Counted from the first letter of the stretch, positions 34,933 to 44,875 are shown. The stretch: 64,000 nt of DNA from Clostridia bacterium (GCA_030154225.1 JASKKI010000002.1:21-64020); one strand, 5' to 3'. The notes: generated from the letters alone by a model not told the origin. Numbers and translations: made by a program.

Positions 34933-35751
34933 CTATAACTTATTATACCCCAATGCTTGAGATATTTTGGCTACGGTTTTTAATAAAGCCGGCTTTAATT
35001 TAGTTTCTAAAGCTTCATCGGTAATACGCTGTACCGGCCCGGAAATACTAACAGCAGCAATTACTCTACCTTTATGATCCTTGAGAGGTGCCGCTATACA
35101 GCGGACACCTTCCTCATTTTCAACATTATCAAGGGCAAAACCCTTTTCTCTTACTAATTCAATCTGATGCAAAAGAACTTCTTTATCTGTTATAGTATTA
35201 TCTGTTAAAGCAGGCATCCCCTGTTCATCCATTATTTTCAGGATAGCTTCATTTGACAAGCCACTCATCAGACTTTTTCCCAAGGAAGTACTATGAAGAT
35301 AATTTCTTGAACCTATACTGGAAACCAGCCTTACAGAATGAGTACTATCCAACTTATCAATGTAAAGTCCCCGTCCTTTATCCAAAACTCCGAGAAAAAT
35401 TGTCTCATTAGTTTCGTTATTTAATTCTTTTAGATATGGCCGGGCAATTTGTTTAATTTCTATACTTTCTTGCACTTTTGTCCCCAGGAGAAGAAACTTA
35501 GTTCCTAATTTATAACAACCATTTTGATTATCCTGCTCTACATAACCCCATGCTTCTAAGCTAGATAATATTCTATATACCGTAGGCTTAGGCAAATCAG
35601 ATAATTCTGTTATGGTTTTTAAACTTAATGGTTCATTTGCTTTGGCTATTATCTCGATTAAGGTAAAGGCTCTATCAAGGGATTGTATTTGTCCTTGAGG
35701 GTTTTCCAATTGCCACACCCCCTTATTTCTAATAATGGAATAATGTTTCAT
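34933..35751 (-). CDS. IclR-family transcriptional regulator (KdgR-like)
   Basis: HTH_IclR (SLDRAFTLIEIIA..LSLKTITELSDLPKPTVYRILSSL) plus an IclR effector domain, in a KDG gene context. Confidence 0.8.
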   Translation of the reverse strand: MKHYSIIRNKGVWQLENPQGQIQSLDRAFTLIEIIAKANEPLSLKTITELSDLPKPTVYRILSSLEAWGYVEQDNQNGCYKLGTKFLLLGTKVQESIEIKQIARPYLKELNNETNETIFLGVLDKGRGLYIDKLDSTHSVRLVSSIGSRNYLHSTSLGKSLMSGLSNEAILKIMDEQGMPALTDNTITDKEVLLHQIELVREKGFALDNVENEEGVRCIAAPLKDHKGRVIAAVSISGPVQRITDEALETKLKPALLKTVAKISQALGYNKL

Positions 35752-35840
35752 TTTATATAAATTCTTTATTTTTTTAATTTTCCTACAAATAAATTAATAC
35801 TATCTTAAACATTAAAGTAAGCCTTGTCAATAAATGAATC

Positions 35841-36602
35841 CTATCTCGCCAACCAACCGCCATCAACGGCTAAAATATGTCCATGCATATACTCTCCTGC
35901 ATCAGAAGCCAAAAAAACAGCTGCCCCTTGCATATCGGCGGGAGTACCCCAACGCCCTGCCGGTATTCTTTCCAGTATAGCCTTATTTCTAACCTCATCG
36001 GCTTTTAATGGAGCCGTATTATCAGTAGCTATATAGCCCGGTGCAATAGCATTAACATTTATTTTGTATTGAGCCCATTCGTTACACATGATTTTAGTAA
36101 TCCCGGCTAGAGCGCTTTTACTGGCTGTGTAAGATGAAACAAGTATTCCTCCCTGAAATGACAACATGGAAGCTATATTAATAATTTTTCCTCCGGTACC
36201 TTGTTTAATGAACTGTTTTGCCGCTGCCTGGGCCAAGAAAAAAGCACTGCGCAAGTTTACATTCATTACATCATCCCAGTTTTCAACACTGAATTCCAAG
36301 GTAGGTTGTCTTCTGATAATACCGGCATTATTAACAAGAATATCTATTTTACCAAATTCATCTAAAGCTTTTCCGATTATCTCCCCTATTGGTTCCAGAG
36401 AACTTAAATCAGCCTTAATCTCTAAAAATTTCACCCCACATTTCTCAACTTGGTTTTTTGTTTCAACCATATCCCGGGTGGCTACCCCTACAATATCTGC
36501 TCCCGCTTCTGCTAAACCGATAGCTATTCCCTGGCCAATGCCGCGACTGGCTCCTGTGACAATGGCCACTTTACCTTTTAAGGAAAATTTATTTAGAATC
36601 AT
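35841..36602 (-). CDS. kduD: 2-dehydro-3-deoxy-D-gluconate 5-dehydrogenase (SDR)
   Basis: TGASRGIGQGIA, catalytic YTASKSA, C-terminal GHILAVDGGWLAR; KduD-like in a KDG context. Confidence 0.75.
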   Translation of the reverse strand: MILNKFSLKGKVAIVTGASRGIGQGIAIGLAEAGADIVGVATRDMVETKNQVEKCGVKFLEIKADLSSLEPIGEIIGKALDEFGKIDILVNNAGIIRRQPTLEFSVENWDDVMNVNLRSAFFLAQAAAKQFIKQGTGGKIINIASMLSFQGGILVSSYTASKSALAGITKIMCNEWAQYKINVNAIAPGYIATDNTAPLKADEVRNKAILERIPAGRWGTPADMQGAAVFLASDAGEYMHGHILAVDGGWLAR

Positions 36603-36715
36603 TTTACCTCCCTCTATAATCTTTAATTTTCTTCGTTTTTCTCGCTTATTCTTAGAATTTTATTAATTTAAAAGTAAGCACCCGCCATGTAGCAGCCCAT
36701 TGAATAACAATTGTG

Positions 36716-36970
36716 TTAATATATGGAACTAGAGGTGGACTCGGCCATGCTCCTTTCAAATGTGAACCAGTAATGCCCTATTGGCTCCATATTCTTGCCT
36801 TCGTCCCTAGCATTCTTCTCTGCTCATTCTCTAAACTTCCTAGAGCCTCTTTTCGGTTCGAGAACTAATTACTTTACTAAGCTCTATCCCTCTTCAATCA
36901 AAAGCTCTAGCATAATGATTCTTTTTGCAATATCCACTCCAAAAACTAAATTTTTTTCTGTTACTTGCAT
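36716..36970 (-). mobile_element. Decayed 5' fragment of an IS110-family transposase gene
   Basis: Hand translation of the minus strand gives MQVTEKNLVFGVDIAKRII.. (DEDD N-terminal motif VGIDxxK), then, after stops and frame changes, KNMEPIGHYWFTFE (the MEATGxYW motif). The remaining roughly 300 codons are absent. Confidence 0.6.
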
Positions 36971-37120
36971 TATTTTAAAATTCTGTGTGTACTTAATGTC
37001 AGAAACCTCCTGTAGAATTTGATTTGTGGTTGTATGGGTTGCAACCCACATTTCAAATTTTACTATGAGGTTTTTCTGTTTTCAAATCTAATTTTAATTC
37101 ATTACAGGAATGACTCCTCT

Positions 37121-38140
37121 CTAAAACTCCAAGATTACTTTACAAACTTCATCAGGTTTATCATTAATTATTGCAAATCCTATTGCCGCATCTTCAAAAC
37201 TATACTTATGGGTAATTAACTTATCGGCCTTAACTTTTTGGTCCTTGAACCATTCCAAAACATCTTTAAACTTATTTCTATTCATCCTTGAGCCTATAAT
37301 TTCTAGTTCCCTTTTAGTAATTTCAACTGGTGAAATGTTTATAGGCTCATTCATAAACCCAATTACTCCAATCCTACATCCAGGGGGGGCATCTTTAATT
37401 AGGTTATTTAATAGCCCGCTATTTCCAACGGCTTCTATTATCACTGTCGGCCCTGTATTTTTCCAAATTTGACCAGATTTGTGAACTGGATCAATTTCTG
37501 TTGAATTTATAACATGTACTGCACCCATTTCTTTTGCTAAATTCAGCTTATTATTGGAGATATCGGCAATAATCGCCTCTGCCCGATAGACACCCTGTAC
37601 TACTTGTAGTACTGCCAACCCTATAGTACCTCCTCCTACTATTAAAACTTTGTCTTGACGATTTATTCTAAGCCTTTCTGCTATTTGAGCTGCAATACTA
37701 AAGGGTTCTACTAACGCCGCAATATCCCATGGAACGTCAGGGCTAAAAGGATATACTTTATCCCCTTTAATGTTTATAAGTTCTGTAAATCCGCCTTCTG
37801 TTTGAACCCCTAGACATTTAACTTCATGACATATATTATGTCTTCCTGACTGACACATAGGACATTTCCCACAGCTAACAACAGGGTCAATGGCAACATG
37901 GTCACCACACTTTACATGAGTAATATTTTCACCCACTGCTGTAACTTCTCCAACCAATTCATGACCGGGTATTCTAGGGTAGGTAACTGCACCATGTTTA
38001 CCATGTAGGATATGGATATCTGTACCACAGATCCCGGCGGCCTTAATCTTTATCTGTACTTCATCCTGTCTAGGACTTATTGGTTCACAAATCTCTGCCC
38101 ATTCTATTGTATGGGGTCCTTTTATAACTAGGCTTCTCAT
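37121..38140 (-). CDS. Zinc-dependent medium-chain dehydrogenase/reductase (sugar/polyol dehydrogenase-like)
   Basis: GICGTDIH, GHELVGEV, structural zinc site CGKCPMCQSGRHNIC, and GGGTIGL. Confidence 0.8.
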   Translation of the reverse strand: MRSLVIKGPHTIEWAEICEPISPRQDEVQIKIKAAGICGTDIHILHGKHGAVTYPRIPGHELVGEVTAVGENITHVKCGDHVAIDPVVSCGKCPMCQSGRHNICHEVKCLGVQTEGGFTELINIKGDKVYPFSPDVPWDIAALVEPFSIAAQIAERLRINRQDKVLIVGGGTIGLAVLQVVQGVYRAEAIIADISNNKLNLAKEMGAVHVINSTEIDPVHKSGQIWKNTGPTVIIEAVGNSGLLNNLIKDAPPGCRIGVIGFMNEPINISPVEITKRELEIIGSRMNRNKFKDVLEWFKDQKVKADKLITHKYSFEDAAIGFAIINDKPDEVCKVILEF

Positions 38141-38170
38141 AATTAATCACCTCTAAAAAAAATATATACA

Positions 38171-39196
38171 CTATCTCTGCACCCTGCCGGAGCCATCACC
38201 GTACATCAAATTTTCTACTTCTGCAATACTTACTAGGTTAAAATCACCTGGAATAGTATGTTTAAGACAGGATGCTGCAACTGCAAATTCTAAAGCTCTC
38301 TGGTTATCCATTCCGCTTAGTATTCCATATAGAAGCCCTCCGCAGAAAGAATCTCCACCTCCTACCCGGTCTACAATGTGAATATCATACTTCCGGGATT
38401 TATAAAATTCTTTACCATCATAAAGTAGGGCCGACCAGCCATTATCTGAGGCAGAGTAACTTTCTCTTAAGGTGATAGCAACTTTTTGGAAACCAAATCT
38501 TTCGACAAGTTTTTGAGCAACTTGCCGGTATCCTGTATCATCCAGCTCTCCGGAAGTGATATCTGTATTATCAGCTTTAATACCAAATACCTTCTCAGCA
38601 TCTTCTTCATTACCTATAGCGATATCAACATATTCCATTAAGCCACTCATGACTTTGTTTGCTTTCTCAGAAGACCATAACTTTTTCCGGTAGTTTAAAT
38701 CACAGCTTACTAATACCCCTGTTTTTTTAGCTACCCGCAATGCTTCTAATGTTACTTCGGCTGCACTATCACTTATTGCAGGTGTTATTCCTGTAAAATG
38801 GAACAATTCCACACCTTCAAAAATATTTTCCCAATCCATCTCGCCTGGTTTAATCTGAGCAATAGCAGAATTAGCTCGATCATAGATTACCTTTGATGCC
38901 CTTTGGGAAGCTCCCGTTTCCAAATAATATACTCCTAAGCGATCTCCATCCATTTTGATGTAATCAGTCTTTACTCCATGCTTACGCAAGTAACTTCGAC
39001 AAGCCTGACCCACTTCATGGTTCGGAAGCTTAGTTACAAAATAGGCATCTAAGCCATAATTAGCCAACGAAACTGCTACATTAGCTTCTCCTCCCGCATA
39101 AGTTGCTTCAAAGCTGGTGGCCTGAACAATTCGCTGATATCCAGGAGCAGCCAATCGAAGCATTATCTCACCAAAAGTTACAACCTTTTTTCCCAT
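38171..39196 (-). CDS. kdgK: 2-dehydro-3-deoxygluconokinase (PfkB family)
   Basis: VVTFGEIMLRL and DRVGGGDSFCGG. Start moved to ATG 39196 (GGGAGGA RBS). Confidence 0.8.
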   Translation of the reverse strand: MGKKVVTFGEIMLRLAAPGYQRIVQATSFEATYAGGEANVAVSLANYGLDAYFVTKLPNHEVGQACRSYLRKHGVKTDYIKMDGDRLGVYYLETGASQRASKVIYDRANSAIAQIKPGEMDWENIFEGVELFHFTGITPAISDSAAEVTLEALRVAKKTGVLVSCDLNYRKKLWSSEKANKVMSGLMEYVDIAIGNEEDAEKVFGIKADNTDITSGELDDTGYRQVAQKLVERFGFQKVAITLRESYSASDNGWSALLYDGKEFYKSRKYDIHIVDRVGGGDSFCGGLLYGILSGMDNQRALEFAVAASCLKHTIPGDFNLVSIAEVENLMYGDGSGRVQR

Positions 39197-39215
39197 AAAA
39201 AATCCTCCCATAAAA

Positions 39216-39863
39216 TTATTTATTTTCTCTAGCTAATTTAATTTTCTCCACAAACTGCCGGGCAGTTTGGGTAACTAAATCATAATCCCCTGTTTTAGCT
39301 CCTTTAGTTAAAGAACCACCAACACCTACTGCTACAGCTCCTGCTTTGATCCATTCTTGAACATTTTCCAAAGATACTCCTCCAGTTGGCATTAATGCTG
39401 CTTGTGGTAAGGGTGCCTTAATAGCTTTTATAAATTTAGGACCTAATACTTCTCCTGGAAATACCTTAATAATATCAGCACCCAGCTCCATAGCTGCCAC
39501 TACTTCAGTTACAGTCATAGCTCCAGGCATGCAAGAAATCTGGTATCTATTACAAAGCTTTATAACTTCGGGGTTTAAATGTGGACTTACCACATATTCC
39601 GCACCTGCCAGAATTGCTGCTCTTGCTGTTTCGGCATCAAGTACAGATCCTACTCCCAATACAACGTCTGAATCTTTGTAATACCTTGCTACTTCTTTGA
39701 TTACATCTAAAGCATCAGGTACAGTCATTGTTACCTCAATTGTTGAAATACCTCCAGCTTTTACCGCTTCAACAATCTTTTTGGCCTTTTCCGGTGTTTC
39801 TGTTCTCACAACAGCTACAATACCACTGTCAATAACTTTTTGTAATATCTGTAATTTATGCAC
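39216..39863 (-). CDS. eda: KDPG / 4-hydroxy-2-oxoglutarate aldolase
   Basis: GISTIEVTM and KVFPG..PTGGV are typical of Eda/KdgA. Confidence 0.85.
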   Translation of the reverse strand: MHKLQILQKVIDSGIVAVVRTETPEKAKKIVEAVKAGGISTIEVTMTVPDALDVIKEVARYYKDSDVVLGVGSVLDAETARAAILAGAEYVVSPHLNPEVIKLCNRYQISCMPGAMTVTEVVAAMELGADIIKVFPGEVLGPKFIKAIKAPLPQAALMPTGGVSLENVQEWIKAGAVAVGVGGSLTKGAKTGDYDLVTQTARQFVEKIKLARENK

Positions 39864-39987
39864 AGCTAAATACCTCCCTTTCTATTCACCACTTGCCATT
39901 TTTATGTCATTAACAAATAGCTATAACAATATTTATATAAATAAAGGTCATGTAATAAAAAATAGACACTATATTCATTTTGTATTG

Positions 39988-40002
39988 TGGAATACCATTC
40001 CA
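39988..40002. promoter_or_regulatory. Palindrome upstream of eda (operator candidate)
   Basis: TGGAAT-ACC-ATTCCA about 125 nt upstream of the eda start. No second copy seen. Confidence 0.25.
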
Positions 40003-40145
40003 TAATACTTAATTTTCTATATTACTTTAGAAATTCCTGCAAAAATTTTTAGATTTTTTTATTTTTTCAAAATAAAAAACCGACCTTTTTTGAGCCGGTT
40101 TTCGCTAATTAAAACATATTCAAATTGTGTTTAATTTAATAAAAA

Positions 40146-40614
40146 TTAACCATCTTGGAATTGGGTATTAATAACTATCACCTTTTCACTGCCCACTTTA
40201 ATACCTATGATGAAAGGCTCTAAGGCCACTATTTCCTTCTTGGATAAACCCTTAGTGTCTAATACCACTGTTCCTTCTATTTCTAGGCTGGCTTTGGCAG
40301 TGATTGGTTTTTCAACAGCAACCTGTAGCTGTTCTGTTACTACCTTATCCGTAATGCCTTTACCAAAGATAGGTTCAATCCATTGAATATAGGCTTCATT
40401 ATCGTCTTCGTTAGTCAAATTGATCGAATATGTCAGACGATGCTGATCCGTATTATCATTACTTATAGCCCCTAACCCGGTTGGCATACTATATATTTGC
40501 AGCCCTCTTTTATCACCAGCTTCTTTTTGTTCTCGGTCCGTTCTAGAACAACCATTAGTAGCAAGCTAACTAGTAGAAATATTAATAAAATTATGCTTAT
40601 TTTTGTTTCAACAT
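40146..40614 (-). pseudogene. Lipoprotein gene with a disrupted signal-peptide region (two apparent frameshifts)
   Basis: GGGAGGG-N6-ATG gives MLKQK then a stop. The hydrophobic core ISIILLIFLLVSLL is in a second frame. The lipobox LATNGCS and the 113-aa track ORF are in a third frame. ATG 40487 has no RBS. Confidence 0.5.
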
Positions 40615-40819
40615 CACATTCCCTCCCATGACAATATAATTTTATTTTCCATAGTTTTTATTAGGTGATTCTTTATTTTTGCCTTTCCTAATTTTTAAGC
40701 GCTATTAATTGGTTTCTTGTTAAGGTTATATATTATTATTAAAGCAATAATAATGAAAAACCAGTATTTAATTTTCGCTACCCCTTCCTCCATGACTGGA
40801 CCTTGGTTTTACTAAATTT

Positions 40820-42247
40820 TTATTCATTCCTAATTGCACTAATTGGGCTTAGACGGACTGCTCGGTTAGCAGGGTAAAGTCCGGCTATTACTCCGATCAA
40901 AATTGAAAAACCTAAAGCAAATAAGGCTAACCAAGGTGGAATTACCGAAAGGGAATTGGCTGCCTCTCCGGGAGGCATGCCACGGTTAATAAAGTCTGAA
41001 CCAAAATGGTTAATAACTTTAGATGCTCCATAACTTAAACCTAACCCAAAAAAACCCCCCAGTAAACCAATGAGTCCTGCTTCTGTCAAGAACAGCATGC
41101 GAACATCAAAAAAGGAAGCACCGATAACTTTCATGATGCCGATTTCCCTGGTTCGCTCATAAATAGACATAATCATGGTATTAATAATACCCAGGGCAGC
41201 TACTAATAGGGTAATACTTCCGATCCCCCCCAGTATGGCTTGGATGGTTTTAGATGTTTTCTCAATACCTTCTAAATTATCGGCCAGGGAATGGGCCCGG
41301 TAGCCTTTATCCCGTAGCGCTTTAGAAATTTTTTTGGTAGCATCCACATTCTCTGTTCTGACCCAGATGAATTCGTAGTCATTAGGGGACGGTCCATTAA
41401 CTTGTCTTCCGGAACTAACCCGGGTAGCACGTCCTCCTTCTTTAACAGCCATTTCCCTAGCCATTCTGGGATCATTATTATTTCTTCCCCCCATGACATA
41501 TTCCCTAATCCTTTTAATTTCATCAATAGGGGCATAGGCTTGCCATGATTTATCTCTATTTTCCTGACTCAAAACACCGACAACAGTAAAGTTGTAAATT
41601 TTCTTTTGACCATTACGATTATGTACTTCCATAGTAACTCGCTGGTTTAACATTTCCAAAGTTTCCGGTTCCTGCTCCCGCATCTGTTGTCTCATCATAA
41701 TCCGGGACTGGCGGGACATATTCCTCATCATCTCCAGTTGACGACGATCGCGGAAGTTTCTACCCACTTCCCAACCTAGAACAATATTAAAACGGTCACC
41801 ATCTTCCAAAAAACGTCCTTTGGCCAGCTCAAATTCAAATTGGGGCATCTGGGCCGGTTCTATTCCCACCAGTTGGAGATGTCCTTCTTTTCTCCCCCAT
41901 AAAGCCCTCCCTCCCATGTTAAAACCAGGAGAAACGGCGACCACACCGGGCATAGCTTTTATTTCTTTGACTGCTTCATCATTTAATGGATTGGCCTGGC
42001 CGATGGGATTTCCTTTATCATCAAAATTTACACCGGAATAAATTTCAATCTGGTTTAGGCTTCCCCAGCGCTCCATATTACGCCTCTGGGCTTCATTAAG
42101 TCCAATGCCTAAAGAAAGCATAACCACTATGGAAGTTGTACCGATAAGTACTCCCAAAACTGTTAAAAAAGTCCTTACTTTACGCCGCCATAAATTTTTA
42201 TAGGCCATTTTCAAAATATCCATCTTATACATCGAAGAATTCCCCAT
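40820..42247 (-). CDS. MacB/FtsX-type ABC transporter permease with a large extracytoplasmic domain
   Basis: N-terminal TM, MacB_PCD-like domain and C-terminal FtsX 3-TM module. Contains an unusual R/Q/M-rich insert (RRQLEMMRNMSRQSRIMMRQQMREQ). Confidence 0.8.
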   Translation of the reverse strand: MGNSSMYKMDILKMAYKNLWRRKVRTFLTVLGVLIGTTSIVVMLSLGIGLNEAQRRNMERWGSLNQIEIYSGVNFDDKGNPIGQANPLNDEAVKEIKAMPGVVAVSPGFNMGGRALWGRKEGHLQLVGIEPAQMPQFEFELAKGRFLEDGDRFNIVLGWEVGRNFRDRRQLEMMRNMSRQSRIMMRQQMREQEPETLEMLNQRVTMEVHNRNGQKKIYNFTVVGVLSQENRDKSWQAYAPIDEIKRIREYVMGGRNNNDPRMAREMAVKEGGRATRVSSGRQVNGPSPNDYEFIWVRTENVDATKKISKALRDKGYRAHSLADNLEGIEKTSKTIQAILGGIGSITLLVAALGIINTMIMSIYERTREIGIMKVIGASFFDVRMLFLTEAGLIGLLGGFFGLGLSYGASKVINHFGSDFINRGMPPGEAANSLSVIPPWLALFALGFSILIGVIAGLYPANRAVRLSPISAIRNE

Positions 42248-43973
42248 TTTCTTTGACCTTACGTCTCAAACGCCAGATAAAGATACCTTGAATAATAACT
42301 ATGATTAATAATATCAGCGACTTCCAGTTGTTTTTAAGTCTTACTAACAGACTCGTTTTAGGTCCATCAGGACCCATTGGAGGGATGGGCATTCCCGGTT
42401 TCCCTTCAATTACGCCAGGCTTACCACCTGGTCCCATTTCGCCTCCCGGGGGTGGTTCAGGTCTACCTTCTACCTTCAAGGTAAAGGGTTTTTCTACCCG
42501 AACTTCTTTATTGTTATTATCTATATAAGTAAAGACAATTTTACCTTCCAGGTTCCCCTCTTTTTGTGGTATAACCATGGCTTGATAAAAATCGCTCATG
42601 CCTGTTTCCAGGTTACCAATGTAATAAACGGCATTCTCCTTTTGGAAATCACCTTCCATATTAACCATGAAGTTGGTTAAGGCTACTTTACCAATGTTAA
42701 CAAATTCTGCAGCTACGGGAGTCGGTTGACCTATCACAGCCATTGGTGGAACTTCCACCGATAATACCTCAAATTTACATTCCTGGGTAACGGGAATATT
42801 TACCCGCTCATTTACTGTATTTTGCTGTCCATTATCATATTCATACTTTATTTCTATAGGCACATTATAGGTTTTAGCCTGGGCATTGGGATCAACGTAA
42901 AGAGCAATCTCTTTAGCTACAGTAGTTTTCCCCGGAATTTTTTCAATATAAAAGGTATTACTGCTGTCTACAGGAGAAAATACAGTATCACCCTTCTTAT
43001 TATCCTCTAATTGGATATCAACAATTGATACTTTAGCATTATAAACATCTTTGTTATTGGTATTTTCTACAAATAATTTCAGAACAACGGTATTACCAGC
43101 TAGGACCTGCTCATCAGATAAAGTGTATTTTTTGATAATTACCCAGGGGATCTTGCCGCTGGCACCCAGGTCTTCTTTGGGTAAAGGCAAATTTAATATC
43201 TCTTCCTGGGTAGTTTGTGTACCCTGGTAGTCATACTTAAATGTAACTTTAATTTCATTACCGGTACGGGGTTCTTCTGCTTCCAGTTTAAAAGAAACCA
43301 TCCGGGTTTGTTTACCCTTAATATCAAAGAGATGCTTGGTATTTGATAAATCTAATACACTGAAATTCTTTGTGTCATCTACTTTACCATCTAAAGCCAC
43401 ACTGACATTGCCGGCATCAGATTCGCTAATATTTTCGAAAAAGATGGTTGCTGTAAAAGGTTTGGTGAGATCAGGTTCTTTAGGTTCAAACTGTACAGCT
43501 TTCACTACAAATTGAGGTTTGGTTATCCCATAGGTTACAGGGATAGTTACTTTAGAATAGATGGTTGAGCTTTCCTGTAAGGCATTTTTATAATCCACAT
43601 TAACTTTTAGTTTGTAATTTCTATTAGCTGCTTCTTCACCAACATGCATTTTAATAGCTACACTTTGTACTGCTTTACTTTCAACCTGTTTAATTTCCGG
43701 GGCTTCTACAACAGAAAAAGGAGCCAGGTTGTTTTTATCATCTTCCAGTTCAAAATTGAAATTAAGGTTAAAAGCCGGGCCGGTTCCAATATTTCTTACA
43801 ACAAAAGATATGTAAAAATCCGTTCCGGCCACTACTTTTTCTATCTCAACATTTTCTATTATTAATAGAGGATTTAAACCTGTATCAACCGTTTCCATTT
43901 CTTCTGCCCAAGCTAAAGGACTTAAGCTTAGCAAAAAAACCATTACCATAAGTAAACTAATTAACTTTTTCAT
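42225..43973 (-). CDS. Secreted multi-domain (CARDB/COG1361-like Ig-fold repeats) protein with a P/G-rich linker and C-terminal TM anchor
   Basis: Signal peptide MKKLISLLMVMVFLLSLSPLAWA, repeated beta-rich modules, the linker PEPPPGGEMGPGGKPG..PPMGPDGP, then TM LILLIIVIIQGIFIW. Confidence 0.6.
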   Translation of the reverse strand: MKKLISLLMVMVFLLSLSPLAWAEEMETVDTGLNPLLIIENVEIEKVVAGTDFYISFVVRNIGTGPAFNLNFNFELEDDKNNLAPFSVVEAPEIKQVESKAVQSVAIKMHVGEEAANRNYKLKVNVDYKNALQESSTIYSKVTIPVTYGITKPQFVVKAVQFEPKEPDLTKPFTATIFFENISESDAGNVSVALDGKVDDTKNFSVLDLSNTKHLFDIKGKQTRMVSFKLEAEEPRTGNEIKVTFKYDYQGTQTTQEEILNLPLPKEDLGASGKIPWVIIKKYTLSDEQVLAGNTVVLKLFVENTNNKDVYNAKVSIVDIQLEDNKKGDTVFSPVDSSNTFYIEKIPGKTTVAKEIALYVDPNAQAKTYNVPIEIKYEYDNGQQNTVNERVNIPVTQECKFEVLSVEVPPMAVIGQPTPVAAEFVNIGKVALTNFMVNMEGDFQKENAVYYIGNLETGMSDFYQAMVIPQKEGNLEGKIVFTYIDNNNKEVRVEKPFTLKVEGRPEPPPGGEMGPGGKPGVIEGKPGMPIPPMGPDGPKTSLLVRLKNNWKSLILLIIVIIQGIFIWRLRRKVKENGEFFDV

Positions 43974-44673
43974 TTACAACTGCTCCCCCTTTTTCCTCTT
44001 CATTAATAATCATCCCATCAACCATATGGATAATACGGTCGGCATATCGGGCAACATCACGGTCATGGGTTACCATAACCAGGGTTTGCCCTTTTTCTTT
44101 AGTGGTAGTTGTCAGTAAATCCATTATTTCTTTAGTAGTTTTGGTATCCAGGTTTCCTGTGGGTTCATCGGCGAAAATAATTTTAGGATTATTGATTAAA
44201 GCCCGGGCAATACTAACCCGTTGCTGCTGACCACCGCTCATCTGTGTTGGTTTATTTAAAATACGTTTTTCTAAACCCAACATTTTTAATATTTCTCTAC
44301 CCCGTTTACTACGTTCCTTTTTACCTGTTCCCTGTAAAATTAAGGGTAAGACTGCATTTTCTAAAGCTGTTAATGAGGGCAAGAGATTGAAAGACTGGAA
44401 AACAAAACCCATATAATTACGGCGGAAGGTAGCCATGTCTTTCTCTTTGACTTTATTTAATAAAGTATTATTTATCCAGATTTCACCTTTGGTAGGTCTT
44501 TCTAATCCGGACATCATATTTAGTAATGTGGATTTGCCACTACCGGAAGTACCGACAATAGCAATAAATTCTCCTTTTGCAATTTGCAGGTTAACTCCAT
44601 TTAAAGCAGTTATAATTTCCGTACCAACCCGGTATTTTTTAATTAAATTTTTTACTTCAATTATTGGTGTCAT
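43957..44673 (-). CDS. MacB/LolD-type ABC transporter ATP-binding protein
   Basis: Walker A GTSGSGKST, signature [15 protein letters not shown], Walker B IFADEPTGNLD. Confidence 0.9.
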   Translation of the reverse strand: MTPIIEVKNLIKKYRVGTEIITALNGVNLQIAKGEFIAIVGTSGSGKSTLLNMMSGLERPTKGEIWINNTLLNKVKEKDMATFRRNYMGFVFQSFNLLPSLTALENAVLPLILQGTGKKERSKRGREILKMLGLEKRILNKPTQMSGGQQQRVSIARALINNPKIIFADEPTGNLDTKTTKEIMDLLTTTTKEKGQTLVMVTHDRDVARYADRIIHMVDGMIINEEEKGGAVVNEKVN

Positions 44674-44814
44674 AGTTCCCCCCCATTTATAAAACTCATC
44701 ATTAAACAGACGTACCTATCTAAAAAAAAGTTTCAATTAATTTTAACATACATAATTTTAAACAAAATTAAAAATCCTTAACGCACATCTTTAACCTTAA
44801 AGGAGTTTTTTAAG

Positions 44815-44875
44815 AAAAACTGGCTAAGTCAGTTTTTATCTATACCCAAAATAAATTAAGTGCCGGGTCATCTGT
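44815..44875. repeat. AAAAACTGGC-type hairpin plus a TATACCCAAAATAAATTAAGTGCCGGGTCATCTGT module (second copy)
   Basis: AAAAACTGGCTAAGTCAGTTTTT, then ATCTATACCCAAAATAAATTAAGTGCCGGGTCATCTGT, matching 21002-21039. It sits in a divergent promoter region, so it does not terminate any called gene. Confidence 0.7.

Noticed and set aside
36795-37219. Plus-strand ORFs 36795-37022 and 37019-37219 in the kduD-adh gap.
   Set aside because: No RBS, and the translation is junk. The opposite strand carries recognisable IS110 transposase motifs, so these are shadow ORFs of a decayed gene.
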